DNA of 63,996 bases, the filler included, from Polymyxa betae A26-41 (lineage: Eukaryota > Protista > Endomyxa: Phytomyxea), in NCBI GenBank assembly GCA_003693705.1. It is 5 parts of 5 records of this genome, joined end to end, with 100 filler letters (N's around TTAATTAATTAA, not from the genome) between each part and the next. Parts side by side here need not be neighbours in the genome. Positions count along the whole stretch, not along the records: positions 60,097 to 63,996 come from RBZT01000586.1; 4 more parts are not named here. One strand, written 5' to 3'. Position numbers and translations under genes: made by a program. This document shows, in pieces, positions 60,900 through 63,996 of this stretch (within the stretch, counting starts at the first letter, position 1; each line of letters opens with the position of its first letter). The notes under the pieces were generated by a model. The model was given only the letters and a program-made list of their open reading frames with translations, was not told the origin of the DNA and did not search any database.

Positions 60900-61849
60900 C
60901 ATTGTATAAGAGTGAGGTATCAAGCCGATGCTCATCGTCCAATCCGACTCAAGACGTTAAAGGGTGTCGGGCAGATGAAGAGGTTTTCTTTTGGTTATAA
61001 TTCCTCATAGGCCTTGCGGCTATTCGTTTTATGAAAATAAGCACTAATCTAATTGTGACATTCATGGGGAATATATATCCGAAGACCAGAGTCCGTAGAA
61101 TTCATTCATATAACAGCTTGATTCCATTCCAACGTCTGCACATCTTCAATCACGTCTACGATGCAGCTGTGACAAGTACCCTAACCCTAACAGTGGCCTG
61201 AAGAAATGCGACGCAAATCTGCGATCCAACACCCTACACGACATAGATTACAGGGCGCTCCTTTGCCACTCTTTAAAATCCAGCCAGTCAGATTGCAGAT
61301 CGCTTCAATGCCATATGTGGTCTTTCTGACAGCCAGTCTTTGCTGATTGTTCGCGATGCTTCGTCTATTGTCATTACGATTTTAACCATGCAATGTCTTC
61401 GTCGCTCCTCTACAGAAGGTGTTAGCTATACTGCTCAGCTACAGGATGAACATGATGTCCTGAATGATACTGAGTACAGTCGATACTCTAATGATACTGC
61501 ATTATTTCTATCGCATATTAGTAAACGCGATAAGAATACCGATTACCATAATTTATCAAGTCGATGAAGAAATATGTATTCATCGCTGGATCCCCCGAAC
61601 AGGTAACGTGATTGTTACTATTCTTTAACTCGGTTCTGATTTAGTTCTAGGTGATAAACATGATAAACACGGTCAACCCCGCCACTTTTATACTTGTTGA
61701 ACTCCTGAACAATGTTATAGACATTTGTCAGGTCCTACTTCTGATCTGATTGTTGTTTTACAACATGTCATTACGTTAATATCCATGTTCGAGCCCAATT
61801 TCCTATTCGCTGTACGCCGTTATGATCTTCATAAGGCAATTGAGGATAT

Positions 61850-63389
61850 ACAGGATCAGGACCTTGAGGGCTCTGCAGATTGACGGACGTCGAATAACCC
61901 CAGTCCGTATCCGCGCTGCGCGAGCTGTGCTCTGGACACAGCCGCACCTACGACCTGCGCTCAAGATCGTCTGTCGCACGCTGCTCCCGAATCCGGACTC
62001 TCCAAAACAGGTCCATGCTACATTCAGCTGGCAGTTGAAGGTGTAGATGGGAATACGGAATCGGACTTATCGCTATATATTCATGCGAGAAGATAGCATC
62101 TCAACCTACAATCGGACAAACAGTAGTAATGATAGGAGCGATCACAACGCGGTAGGAGGCCGACCCAGACATGGTCGCCGCCGTGGAATCTGCCGATTGG
62201 CGTTACTGCCAGGACGCCGATTCCATGGAATGGCTTCTGTGGCTACGTGCGCGCCAGTCCGAATTTCAGTCAATGCACAAATCTTCAACAATCATCGATG
62301 TATGCCATGGGTTGGAGCATTGTGCCGGCGGTCCTCATGTTGTGCATTATAGTGCTTCGCTCGACAAGACATCGACAATTGTCTCGTGCGTAATGCGGCC
62401 ATCATCGGCGGGGAGACCATGCAGGAGCAAGATATCATCTGGGACAACAACCTGATGGGTATCCTGGAAGGGATCGGGTTTGGACAGGCATCCGATGCTG
62501 TTGCATTCCAGCTCGCCGCTGCCACCGGCAAGCTGGTGGACTTGTGCAAAAACGTTGCTGGTGATCTCCCCGAGGACACCCTTCAACGGCGTCTGGTGAT
62601 AATCCGGATTTTAGAGAAGCGGAACCCATCCCGCTACGCGGACAATCAGGTGTCGACCCTGGCTGCTGCAGTTCGGGCTTGGGCGGCATTCCAGTGTCTG
62701 ATGTCTTCCAGGGTGCGGGTGGTTTGTGCCTGCAGTCGTCATAATGTGCCGTTTAGAATGCTCGCGCAACCGATGCACACCGGGCGTCCTGGAACAACCT
62801 TCGAAACTCCAAGATCATCCGGTCGCACGGCAACAAGACCACTGTCATGCGGACAGAGCTCGCATACGACCTGTTCATCAAGATGGGAGGTTTTGCGCTC
62901 TGGACTGCTGACGACTTCGAGTTCCCGTGCTCATTGACGCCATCTCTGGTGTTCGATGTTCTGAGGGGGCGTCCGGACCACACCCTAGCTCTATTCGATC
63001 ACCCAGCCGAGCGCCTGATGCCGGAGTTCTCACGCATCCGCGAAACCAATCCCCACTACGACGGCACTAATGCGGACCAGTCCCTGGCAGAGGAATTCGC
63101 TCAGAAAATCCTCCGTGGTGTCGGCCTACTTCTACGCAAGCAGCGTCGGCCCCGCAAGCGGCGACGTCGTTCCGAGGCTGAGCCAAGATCGGTTTTTTTG
63201 CTAGGGTCCGAAGTAGTCGATCTCGTGACGGTAGCACTCGTCATATCAGGCCGTGAGTGGGTGGATGCCTGGCTGTGTGTCGACGATGGACTCCTGGCCG
63301 CTGCACGCCTCCAGCAGGAGGTTTTGGGGCGGTTGCGAACATTACACGATGGTGATTGCAGCCCTGCTCCTGGGCCTGACTTTAATTAG
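61850..63389 (+). CDS. Multi-exon hypothetical gene (partly degenerate) with a basic NLS-like segment
   Basis: GC-rich collinear ORFs; a probable intron at 62650-62756 joins RYADNQ|NARATDAH...MRTELAY; RKQRRPRKRRRR. Confidence 0.45.
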
Positions 63390-63765
63390 CTGTCGTCGGG
63401 CAAATTGTGCTCGCACAATGTGTCGCTCATAACCCAGTAGTCTGGATTACTAATCCAGACGAAATAGCAACTAGATGGAACCATCCAACTGAATATGCAG
63501 ATAAATAGAACATCAACATTATAGCAAAGGTCTTCAATATGCGCTATTTCGGAGCCGACACACGTGCAGATAGAACGCCAAGACCAGCATACCTTCAACT
63601 AGCAGTCGAAGGTATCGATGGGAACGGGATCGGCCTGATCGCTATCTACTCATGCGAGAAGATAGCATCTCAACCGACAATCGGACAAACAGTAGTAATG
63701 ATAGGAGGTTGGATTAGCGAAGCAGCAGTACCCGAAAAAAACGGGCGATGGACGAAATGCCCGGC

Positions 63766-63996
63766 GACACACTCCCCTCCTTCAAAAACTAAGCCTCCTC
63801 AAGAAGTATTCTGGGTCTTTACAAAATGGGGGCATTAAAAAACCATTGGGCTGAAATGGAAAAAGCATCCCACTAGGTAAAAGTCCACTTCTTGATTTCT
63901 TCTAAAACCAAATCTGCCAAGTCATGTCCACTTCGTTTCAACTTTCTGTGATAGTCCTGAACCAGTACTGGAACATCAAGCCATAAATTCTGCAAA
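63766..63996 (-). mobile_element. 3' end of a Gypsy chromovirus (chromodomain end, 3' UTR motif, PPT, LTR start)
   Basis: LWLDVPVLVQDYHRKLKRSGHDLADLVLEEIKKWTFT*; PPT CTCCCCTCCTTC next to GACACA. Confidence 0.85.

Overview
This is repeat-rich eukaryotic (protist-like) genomic DNA, not prokaryotic. It has short GT-AG introns, a spliced TIM9 gene, many telomere-type TTTAGGG/TTAGGG doublets between genes, and four 100-bp scaffold gaps with an artificial TTAATTAATTAA linker. The 7TM and secreted ankyrin-like genes fit a phytomyxid-like parasite, but the organism cannot be identified from this window. Positions 1-25.6 kb and 53-64 kb are nested transposon graveyards. They hold several chromodomain Ty3/Gypsy elements with a WIDD RT motif (one structurally complete, 2900-8813, with LTRs and a 4-bp TSD), Ty1/Copia remnants and solo LTRs, PIF/Harbinger elements and MITEs, a Tc1/IS630-like transposase, and RNase H-bearing LINEs with (AATCC)n tails. 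Positions 26.8-50 kb form a gene island of mostly orphan secreted or membrane proteins, plus a 7TM receptor-like gene and TIM9. Several of these genes have single-base homopolymer frameshifts that are probably assembly errors. The most striking unexplained structure is a ~360-nt GC-rich, highly foldable unit at ~53.99-54.35 kb. It contains three 28-nt hairpin repeats separated by 37- and 34-nt different spacers, is preceded by telomeric boxes and a TATA-like motif, and ends in a T-run, making it a candidate novel ncRNA with CRISPR-like geometry. Other notable signals are a covarying hairpin conserved after the pol stop codon of four divergent chromoviruses, a Copia element apparently primed by a tRNA-Lys(CUU) half-molecule, and a LINE 3' UTR with two adjacent in-place inversions.
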